Origin: an uncultured Eubacteriales bacterium
Lineage (GTDB): Bacteria; Acidobacteriota; Aminicenantia; Aminicenantales; Saccharicenantaceae
Assembly (NCBI GenBank): GCA_964652895.1
Contig: CAZZCH010000002.1
Coordinates: 14,910 to 78,909, forward strand
DNA: 64,000 bases
Direction: 5' to 3'
A model generated the notes under the pieces. It searched no databases. It saw nothing but the letters and a program-made list of their open reading frames with translations, and was not told the DNA's origin. Positions 8,997 to 19,503 of the stretch are shown here, piece by piece. Numbering within the stretch: position 1 is the stretch's first letter; each line of letters starts with the position of its first letter. The translations under genes and the position numbers were made by a program.

Positions 8997-11900
8997 ATGG
9001 ACATCGGCACCCATCCTGAGACCCGCGCCGGCCTCGACGACGCGGCCCGGCTGGCCGCCGAGGTCTACGGTTACGACGCCCGACCCCGGCCCCTGCCGAG
9101 CGAGTACGACGACAACTTCCTCCTCGAGGTCGCCGGCGCTGGCGGCCGGGTCCTCAAGGTCATGCACCCGATGCGCGAATCCGGGTTCGTCGACATGCAG
9201 TGCGCCGCGCTCCGGGCCCTCGCCGAGAAGGACCCCGCCCTCCCGGTACCCCGCGTCATCCCCGACCGGTCCGGCCGGCCCTGGTCGATAACCCGGCTCG
9301 CCGACGGCGCGCCGCGCGTTGTCTGGATGCTCTCCTATCTCGAAGGACGTCCCCTCGCGAACGTCCGTCCGGTGACGTCCGGCCTTCTCAAGGAGCTCGG
9401 CACCGTTCTGGCCCGGCTCGATCTGGCTCTGGCCGGCTTCTCCCACCCTGCGGCCGCCCGGACGCTCAAATGGGACTTCGCCCGGGCCGGCTGGATCCGC
9501 GAACGGCTCGACGCCGTCCGTGAGCCGCGGCGGCGCGCCCTCGTCGAGAGGGTCCTGGCCCGCTACGACAAAGAGGTCACGCCGGTCCTACCCCGCCTGT
9601 GGCGGAGCGTCGTCTACGCGGACGCCAACGAGCATAACGTTTTGGTGCGCGTCGAGCGGGGGCTGCCGCCGCGCCTGGCCGGACTCATTGATTTCGGCGA
9701 CATGCTGGAAACCGTGACCGTGGCCGAGGTCGCCGTGGCCGCGTCCTACGCCGCCTTCGGCGCGGCCGACCCGCTCGCCGCCGTCCATTCCCTCGTCGCC
9801 GGCTACCACAGTGCGCGTCCCCTCACCGAAGAGGAACTCGCCGTCCTCGACGCCCTCATCCGTACGCGCCTCGCGGTCAGCGTCGTCAATTCGGCCTGCC
9901 GGTCCGCGGCGGAACCGGACGACCCCTATCTCACCGTGAGCGAAGCGCCGGCCTGGGCTCTCCTGGAGGCGCTCGACAAGATCCCTCCCCGGCTGGCCCA
10001 CTATGCCTATCGGGCCGCCTGCGGTCTCGCCCCCGTGCCGCACGGCCCGGCCGTCATCGGCTGGCTGAGCGGACGCCAGCGGCGGTTCGCCCCGGTCCTG
10101 GAGAACGACCTGGGCCGGGACCCGGTCGTCGTCCTGGACCTGTCCGTAGGCAGCCGCATGCTCGGGGCCGACCCGGCCGGCCTTGAAACCCCGCGCCTTT
10201 CGGCCCTCGTCGCCGAGGCCATGAAAGAGGCGGGGGCGGCCGTCGGCGTCGGGCGCTACGACGAGGCCCGGGCGATCTACGGCTCGACCGCCTTCGCCAC
10301 GGACGGCGGCCCCTTGGCCGAGCGCCGGACGGTCCACCTCGGCCTGGATCTGAGCGTTCCTCCCGGATGCCCCGTACGCGCGCCACTCGATGGCACGGTC
10401 CACATGGTCGCGCACAACGCGGCTCCCAAGGACTACGGCCCGCTGGTCATCCTGCGCCACGAAATCCCTTCCGGCGAGGAGTTCTTCACGCTCTACGGCC
10501 ATCTCGATCCCGGCTCCGTGGCCGGGCTGACGCCGGGACGCGCGCTCGCCGCGGGGGAGACTTTCGCGGCCGTCGGCGCCCCGCCGGCGAACGGCGACTG
10601 GTGGCCGCACGTTCACGTTCAGCTCATCCTGGACCTCCTTGGCCTCGGCCGGGATTTCCCGGGCGTGGCCCTGGCCAGCCGGCGCGCCCTTTGGACGGCG
10701 ATCTCCCCGGACCCGAACGTCATCCTGGGCATTCCCGCCGAACGTTTCCCCCGCCCGGAGCCGGCCAAGCCGGAGACCCTGGCCGCCCGGCGGAAGCTCT
10801 TGGGCCGCAATCTCAGCCTGTCCTATCGCGAGCCCTTGAAGATCGTCCGCGGCTGGATGCAGTACCTCTACGACGAAACGGGCCGGGTCTACCTCGACGC
10901 CTACAACAACGTCCCTCTCGTCGGCCACAGCCATCCCCGGGTCGTCCGGGCGGTCCGGGAGCAGGCGTCCCTCCTGAACACGAATACGCGCTACCTCCAC
11001 GACAACCTCGTCCGTTACGCGGCGCGCCTCACCTCCCTCATGCCCCCCGCGCTCCGCGTCTGCTATGTTCTCAACTCGGCCAGCGAGGCCAACGAGTTGG
11101 CCCTCCGCCTGGCCCGGGCTCACACCGGCCGCGAGGACATCGTCGTCCTGGAGTCCGCCTATCACGGCCACACGACGGGGCTCATCGACATCAGCCCCTA
11201 CAAGTTCGCCGGCCCGGGCGGCAAGGGCCGCAAGCCCTGGGTCCACGTCGCCCCACTGCCTGACACCTACCGGGGCCCGTTCCGCCGCGACGACCCCGAG
11301 GCCGGGCGGAAGTATGCCGAGGCCGTCGGGTGCCTCTCCGAGGAGGCGGCGGCCCGGGGCGGCCTGGCCGCTTTCATCGCCGAGACCCTTCCCAGCGTGG
11401 CTGGCCAGATCGTCCTGCCCCCGGGGTACCTGGCCGAGGCGTACGCCCACGTCCGCAGGGCGGGCGGGGTCTGCATCGCCGACGAGGTCCAGGTGGGTTT
11501 CGGGCGCCTGGGCAGCCATTTCTGGGGCTTCGAGACACAGGATGTCATCCCCGACATCGTCGTCCTCGGCAAACCGATCGGGAACGGCTTCCCGCTGGCG
11601 GCCGTCGTGACGACCGAGGCGATCGCCGCCTCGTTCGACAACGGCATGGAGTTCTTCAGCACCTTCGGGGGCAACCCCGTGGCCTGCGCCGCCGGCTTGG
11701 CCGTGCTCGATATCGTCGAAGAGGAGGGACTCCAGGACCGAGCCCGGCGCGTCGGCGGCCGGCTGGCCGCGGGGCTGGAACGGCTGGCCGCCCGCTACCC
11801 GATCATCGGGGACGTCCGGGGCGCCGGGCTCTTCCTCGGCCTCGAGCTCGTGCGGGACCGCCGGACGCTCGAGCCGGCCGGCGACGAGGCCGCCTACGTC

Positions 11901-12068
11901 GTCGACCGCCTGCGCGAGCTCGGTGTCCTCGCCGGCACGGACGGCCCCTTCCACAACGTCATCAAGATCCGGCCGCCCCTCTGCTTCTCCGACGCCGACG
12001 CCGATCTTTTCCTGACCACGCTCGACCGAGTCCTGGCCGAGGACCCGGTCCGCTGCAACGGGGCCTGA
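8997..12068 (+). CDS. Three-domain fusion: APH/hydroxylysine-kinase-like phosphotransferase + M23 (LytM) domain + class III aminotransferase/phospho-lyase-like domain
   Basis: ATG at 8997 with GGAGG upstream. Kinase motifs [11 protein letters not shown] and LIDFGDM. M23 motifs HLGLD and HVHVQL. Class III aminotransferase motifs [12 protein letters not shown] and [10 protein letters not shown]. No signal peptide. Confidence 0.8.
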   Translation: MDIGTHPETRAGLDDAARLAAEVYGYDARPRPLPSEYDDNFLLEVAGAGGRVLKVMHPMRESGFVDMQCAALRALAEKDPALPVPRVIPDRSGRPWSITRLADGAPRVVWMLSYLEGRPLANVRPVTSGLLKELGTVLARLDLALAGFSHPAAARTLKWDFARAGWIRERLDAVREPRRRALVERVLARYDKEVTPVLPRLWRSVVYADANEHNVLVRVERGLPPRLAGLIDFGDMLETVTVAEVAVAASYAAFGAADPLAAVHSLVAGYHSARPLTEEELAVLDALIRTRLAVSVVNSACRSAAEPDDPYLTVSEAPAWALLEALDKIPPRLAHYAYRAACGLAPVPHGPAVIGWLSGRQRRFAPVLENDLGRDPVVVLDLSVGSRMLGADPAGLETPRLSALVAEAMKEAGAAVGVGRYDEARAIYGSTAFATDGGPLAERRTVHLGLDLSVPPGCPVRAPLDGTVHMVAHNAAPKDYGPLVILRHEIPSGEEFFTLYGHLDPGSVAGLTPGRALAAGETFAAVGAPPANGDWWPHVHVQLILDLLGLGRDFPGVALASRRALWTAISPDPNVILGIPAERFPRPEPAKPETLAARRKLLGRNLSLSYREPLKIVRGWMQYLYDETGRVYLDAYNNVPLVGHSHPRVVRAVREQASLLNTNTRYLHDNLVRYAARLTSLMPPALRVCYVLNSASEANELALRLARAHTGREDIVVLESAYHGHTTGLIDISPYKFAGPGGKGRKPWVHVAPLPDTYRGPFRRDDPEAGRKYAEAVGCLSEEAAARGGLAAFIAETLPSVAGQIVLPPGYLAEAYAHVRRAGGVCIADEVQVGFGRLGSHFWGFETQDVIPDIVVLGKPIGNGFPLAAVVTTEAIAASFDNGMEFFSTFGGNPVACAAGLAVLDIVEEEGLQDRARRVGGRLAAGLERLAARYPIIGDVRGAGLFLGLELVRDRRTLEPAGDEAAYVVDRLRELGVLAGTDGPFHNVIKIRPPLCFSDADADLFLTTLDRVLAEDPVRCNGA

Positions 12069-12089
12069 GTGGCCGATCAAGGAGACCGC

Positions 12090-13451
12090 ATGGCGATCAA
12101 AGCGAAACTGACCACATTCGACACAACGATGATCGTCGTCAGTCTGATCATCGGCATCGGTATCTTCCGGACTCCGGCCATGGTCGCCACGGCCGCCCGA
12201 ACCCCCGCCCTCTTCTACATCGCCTGGTTGTTGGGCGGCTTGGCCGGCTTTCTCGGCGCCCTGACCTTCGCCGAGATCGGCAGCCGTTTCCCGAAGCCCG
12301 GCTCCTATTACAAGGTCGTCGCGGAAAGCTACAACTCGACGGTCGCTTTCATGCTCAACTGGGCCAACGTCATCGTCCTCAACGGCGCTGGGGCCGCGGC
12401 CGTCGCCCTGATCGGCGCCGAATACCTGACCCCGATCGTCTTCCCGGGGACGAAACCGGCCCCCCTCCAGGTCCAGCTCACGGCGGCCGTTCTGATGATC
12501 ATCCTCCTCACGATCAACTATCTCGGCATCAAGACGGGCGCCTGGGCCCAAAATGTGCTGAGCCTTCTCAAGATCGGGATGATCGCCGTCATCGTGGCGG
12601 GCGCGTTCGTTTCGACCAAGGCACCGCTCACGTCGGGGTCCCTCCCCCCTGAGCGTTCCTGGTGGCTGGCCGTCGGCGCGGCCTTCATCTCTGTTTTCTA
12701 CGCCTACGGCGGCTATCAGAACACGATCAACTTCGGCGCCGATGTCCGGAACGCCAAGCGCAACGTCCCCCGGGCCATTTTTTTCGGGATCCTCATCGTT
12801 CTCGCCTGCTATTTCGCCATCAACGTCGCCTACGTGAAGGCGCTCGGGATCCCCGGCGTCGCTTCCGCGAAGCTCGTCGCCGCCGAGACGGCCCGGGCCA
12901 CTTTCGGCGGGGCCGGTTGGCTCGTCATTTCGCTGGCGATCTCCCTCTCGGCCATGGGTTTTCTCAATGTCACTCTGATGCAGATCCCCCGCGCTTACTA
13001 CGCTATGGCCGAAGACCGGACGCTCCCGGCCGTCTTCCAGAAAGTCAATCCGAAGACGCAGGCCCAGGAGTTCGGGCTCGCATTCCTGGGCGGGCTCATT
13101 CTCCTCTCCCTGTTCCTCCTGAAGACCTTCGAGAACATCATCAACTATGTCATGTTCCTCGACACCATCACCGTGGCCCTCGTCGCCTCGACGATCTTCG
13201 TTCTCAGACGCAAGGCCCGCCGTTCCGGCGAAGCTTACGAGGGCTACCGGGTGCCGCTCTACCCTCTTGTTCCGGTCGTCTTCATCGCCTTCCAGCTGAC
13301 GGTGTCCTTCAACGTCCTCTTGAACAAGCCCCGCGAGGCCCTCTACAGCGCGCTTTTCTTCGCCGCCGGTTTTCCGGTCTTCCTGCTGATGCGGCGGGTC
13401 AGCCGCCGCCAGACGCCGGTTGGCCAGGTCCCGGACGAACCGGCTCCCTGA
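12090..13451 (+). CDS. APC superfamily amino acid permease
   Basis: About 453 aa with 12 predicted TM segments. N-terminus KLTTFDTTMIVVSLIIGIGIFRTP is typical of the APC family. AAGGAG lies 8 nt upstream of the ATG at 12090; the GTG at 12069 is less likely. Confidence 0.85.
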   Translation: MAIKAKLTTFDTTMIVVSLIIGIGIFRTPAMVATAARTPALFYIAWLLGGLAGFLGALTFAEIGSRFPKPGSYYKVVAESYNSTVAFMLNWANVIVLNGAGAAAVALIGAEYLTPIVFPGTKPAPLQVQLTAAVLMIILLTINYLGIKTGAWAQNVLSLLKIGMIAVIVAGAFVSTKAPLTSGSLPPERSWWLAVGAAFISVFYAYGGYQNTINFGADVRNAKRNVPRAIFFGILIVLACYFAINVAYVKALGIPGVASAKLVAAETARATFGGAGWLVISLAISLSAMGFLNVTLMQIPRAYYAMAEDRTLPAVFQKVNPKTQAQEFGLAFLGGLILLSLFLLKTFENIINYVMFLDTITVALVASTIFVLRRKARRSGEAYEGYRVPLYPLVPVVFIAFQLTVSFNVLLNKPREALYSALFFAAGFPVFLLMRRVSRRQTPVGQVPDEPAP

Positions 13452-13572
13452 CGCGAGGTGTCCTGCGGCCTGATGAAAGACCATCATTGGCTTTAGGCCC
13501 TGGGAACAACTCTTTCATGGTTGCCAATAAGGGGCAAAATGGGTAATCTGGTGAGACCCTAGGAGGCCTGCC

Positions 13573-14832
13573 ATGACGATGACAAGCCGGGAACGCCTGG
13601 ATGCCGCCCTCAACCACCGCCAGCCCGACCGCATCCCCATCGACTTCAACGGCACGGCCGTCACCGGCATGCACGTCAAGTGCGTCATTGGCTTGCGCAA
13701 ACACTACGGGCTCGAGGAGCGCCTGGTCAAGGTCCACGAGCCGTACCAGATGCTGGGGTGGATCGACGACGACCTCCAGACGGTTCTCGGCATCGACGTC
13801 GAAGGCGTCTACGGCCCCGAGACCATGTTCGGTTACCGCAACGAGAACTGGACGCCGTGGCGGATGGACGACGGGACCGAGGTCCTGATGTCCGGGAATT
13901 TCCGCACGACCAAGGACCAGAACGGCGATACGCTCGTCTTCCCCGGCGGCGACCGCTCCGCCCCGCCCTCCGGGCGCCTGCCCAAGAACGGCTTCTTCTT
14001 CGACACCATCATCCGGCAGAAGCCCATCGATGAAACCAAGCTCGACCCCGAGGACAACCTTCAGGAATTCGGTTCGATCGCGGAGGAGACCCTTGACCAC
14101 TTCGAGACCGAAAGCCGCCGGGCCGGGGCGACCGGAAGGGGGATCATCGGGAGCTTCGGCGGCACCGCCCTCGGAGACATCGCCCTCGTTCCCGCTCCGG
14201 GCCTCAAGTACCCGAAAGGGATCCGGGACATCGAAGAGTGGTACGTCTCGACCCTGACCCGCCGCCCCTACGTCCACAAGGTCTTCGAGCGCCAGACGGA
14301 GATCGCCCTCGGGAACCTCGAAAAGATCCATTCCCGCGTCGGAAACCAAGTTCAGGCCGTCTTCCTCTGCGGCACGGACTTCGGCACGCAACAGTCGACG
14401 TTCTGCTCTGTCGCCGCTTTCCGCGAGCTCTACATGCCCTACTACAAGCGCATTAACGACTGGGTCCATCGCCACACGGCTTGGAAGGCCTTCAAGCATT
14501 CCTGCGGCGCCGTCGAAACGCTCATCCCGGCCTTCATCGAAAGCGGTTTCGACGTCCTCAACCCCGTACAAGTCTCGGCTGCCGGCATGGACGCCCGAAA
14601 TCTCAAGGAAAAATACGGGCGGGACCTCGTTTTCTGGGGCGGCGGCGTCGACACCCAGAAGACACTCGCCTTCGGCACGCCGGAGGAGGTCCGGACCGAG
14701 GTCCTGGAGCGGTGCGAGGTCTTCGGCCGCGACGGCGGTTTCGTCTTCAACTCGGTCCACAACATCCAGGCCAACGTCCCCGTCGGCAATATCGTGGCCA
14801 TGTTCGAGGCCGTGCGCGAATACAATGGCTAG
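13573..14832 (+). CDS. Uroporphyrinogen decarboxylase (URO-D)/MtaA-like family protein
   Basis: 419 aa. N-terminus SRERLDAALNHRQPDRIPID and overall URO-D-like TIM-barrel pattern. AGGAGG RBS. Overlaps the MFS gene by 8 nt. Confidence 0.65.
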   Translation: MTMTSRERLDAALNHRQPDRIPIDFNGTAVTGMHVKCVIGLRKHYGLEERLVKVHEPYQMLGWIDDDLQTVLGIDVEGVYGPETMFGYRNENWTPWRMDDGTEVLMSGNFRTTKDQNGDTLVFPGGDRSAPPSGRLPKNGFFFDTIIRQKPIDETKLDPEDNLQEFGSIAEETLDHFETESRRAGATGRGIIGSFGGTALGDIALVPAPGLKYPKGIRDIEEWYVSTLTRRPYVHKVFERQTEIALGNLEKIHSRVGNQVQAVFLCGTDFGTQQSTFCSVAAFRELYMPYYKRINDWVHRHTAWKAFKHSCGAVETLIPAFIESGFDVLNPVQVSAAGMDARNLKEKYGRDLVFWGGGVDTQKTLAFGTPEEVRTEVLERCEVFGRDGGFVFNSVHNIQANVPVGNIVAMFEAVREYNG

Positions 14833-16162
14833 AAAGGCCAGTCTTTACGTCATCGCCGTCACCATGGTCGCCGCCATCGGCGGCCTCATCTTCGGCTTCG
14901 ACACGGCCATCGTCGCCGGCGCCACACGCTACATGAAGGAGCAGTTCTCGCTCAACTCGCTCCAGGAAGGCTGGGCCGTGGGCGTCGTCCTCATCGGCTG
15001 CATGTTCGGCGCCGGGCTGGCCGGCCCGTCGAGCGACCGGATCGGCCGGCGGCGCTTCATGCTCATCTCGGCCGTCCTCTTCCTCGTTTCGGCGGTCGGC
15101 TGCGCCGTCCCCCGGACGATCACCGAATTCGTCATCTTCCGATTCATCGGCGGCCTGGGCATCGGCTCGGCGGCCGTCCTCTCGCCGCTTTACATCGCCG
15201 AGATCGCGCCGGCCCGCATCCGGGGCGCGCTCGTCTCGGTCAACCAGATGGCCATCGTCACCGGCATCCTCCTGGCCTACTTCGTCAACTGGGTCTTTGC
15301 CGGTTCCGGCCCGTCGAACTGGCGCTGGATGTACGCCATGGGCGCCATCCCCTCGGTCCTCTTCTTCCTGCTGCTCTTGCGCGTCCCGGAAAGCCCGCGC
15401 TGGCTGGTCAAGAACGGCCGCGAGGACGAAGCGGACGCCGTCCTCACCCGGGTCGATACGGCCGAAGCCGCGGCCAGGGAGATCCGGGAGATCAAGGACA
15501 CGCTGGCCCTCGAGGAGGGCTCCTTTCGCGAGATCTTCCGGCCGGCCTTCCGGCGGCCCCTTCTCATCGCCGTCGTACTGGCCGTCTTCCAGCAGATCAC
15601 GGGCATCAACGCCATCCTCTACTACGCCCCGCGCATCTTCGAGGGCGCCGGTTTCGCCCGGATGTCGGCCATCGGCCAGTCGACGATCGTCGGCCTGGTC
15701 AACATGCTTTTCACGGTCGTGGCCATCGTCCTGGCCGACCGGGTCGGCCGCCGGCCGCTCCTGCTCGTCGCCACGGGCGGCATGGGCGTCTCTCTCGTCC
15801 TGCTCGGGGCCGCGTTCAGGTTCCCGGTCCTGCCGGCCTCGGCCCTGCTCTTCATCATCCTCCTCTACGTCGCCTTCTTCGCCTCGGCCATGGGGCCGCT
15901 CGTCTGGGTCGTCATGGCCGAGATCTTTCCCATCAAGGTCCGGGGCAGCGCCATGGGCCTGGCCACCCTCGTCCTCTGGCTGGCCGACTTCGCTGTGACG
16001 CTGACCTTTCCGGTGATCTCCGATAGGTTCCACCCCTCGACAGCCTTTTGGCTCTACGCGGTGATGTGCGCCCTGGACCTCGTGTTCATGTGGTTTGTCC
16101 TGCCCGAAACGAAGGGGAAATCGCTCGAGGAGATCGAGCGCAGCTGGCTGAAAGCCGCCTGA
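14825..16162 (+). CDS. MFS sugar porter family transporter
   Basis: 445 aa. Motifs GRRRFMLISAVLF, PESPRWL and PETKGKSLEEIE. Confidence 0.85.
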   Translation: MARKASLYVIAVTMVAAIGGLIFGFDTAIVAGATRYMKEQFSLNSLQEGWAVGVVLIGCMFGAGLAGPSSDRIGRRRFMLISAVLFLVSAVGCAVPRTITEFVIFRFIGGLGIGSAAVLSPLYIAEIAPARIRGALVSVNQMAIVTGILLAYFVNWVFAGSGPSNWRWMYAMGAIPSVLFFLLLLRVPESPRWLVKNGREDEADAVLTRVDTAEAAAREIREIKDTLALEEGSFREIFRPAFRRPLLIAVVLAVFQQITGINAILYYAPRIFEGAGFARMSAIGQSTIVGLVNMLFTVVAIVLADRVGRRPLLLVATGGMGVSLVLLGAAFRFPVLPASALLFIILLYVAFFASAMGPLVWVVMAEIFPIKVRGSAMGLATLVLWLADFAVTLTFPVISDRFHPSTAFWLYAVMCALDLVFMWFVLPETKGKSLEEIERSWLKAA

Positions 16163-16165
16163 AGC

Positions 16166-16756
16166 TTATTTCGTTTCCGCGGCCTCGGCCAGCTTGCGGA
16201 CGGCGACGTCCAGTTCCTCCATCAGGATCTTCGAGAGGATGGCCGGGAACTGGGGGACCTTGCGGACCGGGAAAGGCAGTCGTCTGTCGAACGAGTGCCG
16301 GAGGAGGCTCTTCCCCGACTTGAACTCCAGGAACTCGAGGTCCATGGCCAGCCTGGCAAACCAGACCTTGGGATTGTCGATCTCTTCGACGAGGCGGATG
16401 TTCGAGCGCAGGACGATATCCGGGTCGCCTTGGAGGACGTCGAGCGTCACCCGGGTGAAGCCTTCCTTCTCTTTGAGGTAATCCCCCATCGCATCGCGGA
16501 AGAGGGCATCCGGCTTCTTCGCCCAGAACACGTAGGAGTAATATTGAAGCTCGAACATCGAGACGCGGTAGATGACGCGGAAATCGTCGTAGAGGGGGTC
16601 GATGCGGACCGGCTCGATGTAGAGGGCCTTATTGAACTTGGGGTGGAGTTGGGCATCCTTGCCGACGGCCACGATCTCGAAGTACCGTTTAGTCGGGACG
16701 GAAAGACAGGCAGCTAAAAGGAGGACGAGAAGACTGCAGCGCGCGACTTTCCTCAT
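16166..16756 (-). CDS. ABC-transport auxiliary lipoprotein (PqiC/DUF330-like)
   Basis: 196 aa. Lipobox LLLAAC. Last gene of the Mla-like operon. ATGA overlap with the MCE gene. Confidence 0.55.
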   Translation of the reverse strand: MRKVARCSLLVLLLAACLSVPTKRYFEIVAVGKDAQLHPKFNKALYIEPVRIDPLYDDFRVIYRVSMFELQYYSYVFWAKKPDALFRDAMGDYLKEKEGFTRVTLDVLQGDPDIVLRSNIRLVEEIDNPKVWFARLAMDLEFLEFKSGKSLLRHSFDRRLPFPVRKVPQFPAILSKILMEELDVAVRKLAEAAETK

Positions 16757-17700
16757 TTTTTCTTCTCCTTTCGTGTCCGGAGGAGGGTCGAAGGTTCGTC
16801 GGCGATCTCGCGGGAGAAGCGGGCCAGGTTTTCGACGGCGACGCCGAGGCTCGAGAACGTCCGCGTCAACTCCGACTGCTGTTCGAGCAGGACGCTCTCG
16901 ACCTTTTTCAGGCTGACCGAGGCCGTGTCGAGGAAGGCCCGGACGTCCTTGATGGCCTGGCCGAGCTCCTCGCTCGAAAAACGTTTGGAGATGTTGCCGA
17001 GGGTTTCCTGGGAGCTCGTCTCCAGCGTCCGGATCATGCGGCTCATATCCTCGGTCATGGGCACGAACTTCTCCGTCGCCCGGGCGAATTCGAGGGACGC
17101 CTTTTCGAAATTGGCCAGGGTGTTCTCGAGGGACGCCCGGCGGGATTCGATGACGCCGGAGAGGGTGGCTGAGCCTTTCTCGGCGTTCTCGAGGAAGGAA
17201 GAAAACCTCTTGATATTCTCCGGGGCGAGGAGCTCGGTGATCTGCTTGACTGTCGTGTCGAGGTTGGCGACGATGTCCCCGGCCTTTTCCCCGAGGCCCC
17301 GGCCCATGGGGATCTCGCCGTGGGCTTTCAGGTTCTCCGAGGCCAGGTCTCCGCCGCTGATCTCGACGTACTTCTGCCCGGTCAGACCGATGTAGGTCAG
17401 GACGGCGCTCATGTCCGTCTTCATGGCCAGCCCCTCGCGGATCCTGATGTCGACGAGGACGGAACCGAGGTCCGCGGGATTGACCCGGATCCTCGTGACC
17501 CGGCCGATCTCGACGCCCTGATACTTGACGAGGGAGCCAATAATGAGCCCTTGGACCGAAGTGTCCCGGAAGTTGATCGTGTAGATCTCTCCGGGGTCGC
17601 GGAGCTTGGGGACGATGAAGAAACCGGCGACGGCAATGAAGATGACCGTGGCCAGGGACAGGAAAATGCCCAGGCGGATCTTTTGTTCATGCGTCATCAT
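16753..17700 (-). CDS. MlaD/MCE family substrate-binding protein
   Basis: Start at MMTHEQKIRLGIFLSLATVIFIAV (TM anchor). MCE domain (LRDPGEIYTINFRDTSVQGLIIGSLVKYQGVEIGRV). The longer ORF-track start overlaps mlaF. Confidence 0.8.
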   Translation of the reverse strand: MMTHEQKIRLGIFLSLATVIFIAVAGFFIVPKLRDPGEIYTINFRDTSVQGLIIGSLVKYQGVEIGRVTRIRVNPADLGSVLVDIRIREGLAMKTDMSAVLTYIGLTGQKYVEISGGDLASENLKAHGEIPMGRGLGEKAGDIVANLDTTVKQITELLAPENIKRFSSFLENAEKGSATLSGVIESRRASLENTLANFEKASLEFARATEKFVPMTEDMSRMIRTLETSSQETLGNISKRFSSEELGQAIKDVRAFLDTASVSLKKVESVLLEQQSELTRTFSSLGVAVENLARFSREIADEPSTLLRTRKEKKK

Positions 17701-18436
17701 GGCTGTCCTTCCTGAGAAAGAATGTCCGGATGAAAGGGTCGTCCGCGGCGGCCAGGTCGGCATAGTCTCCCGAGAAACGGAGGCCCCCGTCGTTGATGAG
17801 GAGGACCCTGTCGGCCACGCGCTCGATCGAGCGGAGCTCGTGGGTGACGACGACGAGGGTCATCCCGAACGTTTCTCTCAGCCGGATCAAGAGATCGTCG
17901 AGGCGGGCCGACGTGATCGGGTCGAGGCCCGACGAAGGCTCGTCGCAGAAGACGACATCCGGGTCGAGGACGAGGGCCCGGGCCAAAGCCCCGCGCTTCG
18001 TCATGCCGCCGGAGAGCTGGGCCGGATACTTGTCGGCGCTCCCATCGAGTTCGACCTGGGCCAGGCTGGCGTAGACCATGTCCCAGACCATGTCTTCGGG
18101 CATCCTCGGATGCTGCATGCGGATGGGCAGGGCGACGTTCTCGAAGAGGCTCAAGCCGTTGAGAAGCGCCCCGCCCTGGTAGAGGACGCCGATCTTCTCG
18201 TAGAGCAGGCGCAGGGAGGCCTCGGAGCGGTAATCCACGGCGCGCCCGGCGAAATCGAAACCGCCGGAAAGCGGGGGCAGGAGGCCGGCGAGCGTCTTGA
18301 GCAGGGTGGATTTCCCCGACCCGCTCACACCCACGACCGCCGTGATCCGTCCCCCGGGCACGGCGAAGTCCAGACCGCGGAGGATCTCGGTCCCGCCGTA
18401 CCCGACGGTCAGATTGTGCGCGCTGATGATATCCAT
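17687..18436 (-). CDS. ABC transporter ATP-binding protein, MlaF-like
   Basis: Walker A GVSGSGKST, signature LSGGMTKR, Walker B VVFCDEPSSGLD. Start MDIISAHNL lies 2 nt after the permease stop. Confidence 0.85.
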   Translation of the reverse strand: MDIISAHNLTVGYGGTEILRGLDFAVPGGRITAVVGVSGSGKSTLLKTLAGLLPPLSGGFDFAGRAVDYRSEASLRLLYEKIGVLYQGGALLNGLSLFENVALPIRMQHPRMPEDMVWDMVYASLAQVELDGSADKYPAQLSGGMTKRGALARALVLDPDVVFCDEPSSGLDPITSARLDDLLIRLRETFGMTLVVVTHELRSIERVADRVLLINDGGLRFSGDYADLAAADDPFIRTFFLRKDSHDDA

Positions 18437-18438
18437 GG

Positions 18439-19503
18439 TCAATACAAGATGAACGAGAATACGCAATCGATGAGGATGATGAGGGTGATCGACAGGACCA
18501 CGGATTCCGTGGTGGCCCGGCCGACCTCCTCGGCGCTGCGGCCGACGGTCAGACCTTTGAAGCCCGCCCCGACGACGACCGCCCAGCCGAAGACGACCGT
18601 TTTGACGAGCCCCCAGCCGAAGTCGGTCCAGTCGACGGCGGTGACCATCTCGGTGATGAAGGCCGACGGGGGTGTCCCGAACTTGGCCTGGGCGACGACG
18701 ATACCGCCGAAGATGCCGACGACGTCGGCCATGGCCACGAGAAGCGGGACGACCAGGGTAATGGCCAGGAGGCGGGGGACCATGAGGAACTTCTCCGGGA
18801 CGACGCCCATCGTCCGCAGGGCGTCGACCTCCTCGAGGACGGTCATGCTGGCCAGCTCAGCGGTTACCGCGGCGCCGACCTTGCCGGCCAGAATGACGCC
18901 GGTCATCAGGGGCACGAGCTCCCGGAGCATGGCGATGCCGACAAGGTCGGCGAGGTAGATATCGGCGCCGAAGAGCGCCAGCTGATTGGCCGAGGTGATC
19001 GAGATGGTCACGCCGACGAGGAAGATGAGCAGGCAGACAATGGGAAAAGAGCGGTAGCCCATGAAGAACATCTGGTTCCAGGTCTCGCCCGGGTAGACGC
19101 CCTTGCGTTCCTTGAGATAGACGCCGATGTGGTAGACCTCGTCGCCGAGCATGGCCAGGAACCGCCCCAGGCTCCTCATCTGGAAAATGAAGTGATCGGC
19201 GATGGCGACGAGCGCCCGGACAACCACGTTCCCCGACGCCGGAAGCTCGGTCTCCGCGGCCGGGGGACGGCTGACGAAGCTTTCTGCGGCCCGGGCCAGG
19301 GCCCCGCCGATATTGACCGTAGTCACGTTCGTCAGACATTTCCGGGCGTAGTTCAGCAAGGCCAGGGTAGAGCTGTCGAACTCCTCGACATCCCGGAAAT
19401 CGACGGTCACGGGACCGGATTCAACCCGGAGCCCGATGTCCTTGAGAGCGACGACGACCTCGGCGGCCCGGAGGCGCTTCGGCAGGAGGATGGTCTCGCT
19501 CAT
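18439..19503 (-). CDS. MlaE-family ABC permease with a fused N-terminal STAS (MlaB-like) domain
   Basis: Start MSETILLPKRL at 19503 (ATGA overlap with the upstream gene). About 95 aa are STAS-like (VTVDFRDVEEFDSSTLALL), followed by the MlaE TM core. The ORF-track extension to 19923 is antisense overlap. Confidence 0.8.
   Translation of the reverse strand: MSETILLPKRLRAAEVVVALKDIGLRVESGPVTVDFRDVEEFDSSTLALLNYARKCLTNVTTVNIGGALARAAESFVSRPPAAETELPASGNVVVRALVAIADHFIFQMRSLGRFLAMLGDEVYHIGVYLKERKGVYPGETWNQMFFMGYRSFPIVCLLIFLVGVTISITSANQLALFGADIYLADLVGIAMLRELVPLMTGVILAGKVGAAVTAELASMTVLEEVDALRTMGVVPEKFLMVPRLLAITLVVPLLVAMADVVGIFGGIVVAQAKFGTPPSAFITEMVTAVDWTDFGWGLVKTVVFGWAVVVGAGFKGLTVGRSAEEVGRATTESVVLSITLIILIDCVFSFILY

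Noticed and set aside
9588-13487. 1299-aa ORF on the minus strand, the longest in the track
   Set aside because: It is antisense to two well-supported plus-strand genes (the kinase-M23-aminotransferase fusion and the APC permease). Its composition is dominated by Arg/Gly/Asp/Glu/Ala/Pro with no recognisable motifs. This is the typical stop-codon-poor antisense frame of GC-rich DNA.
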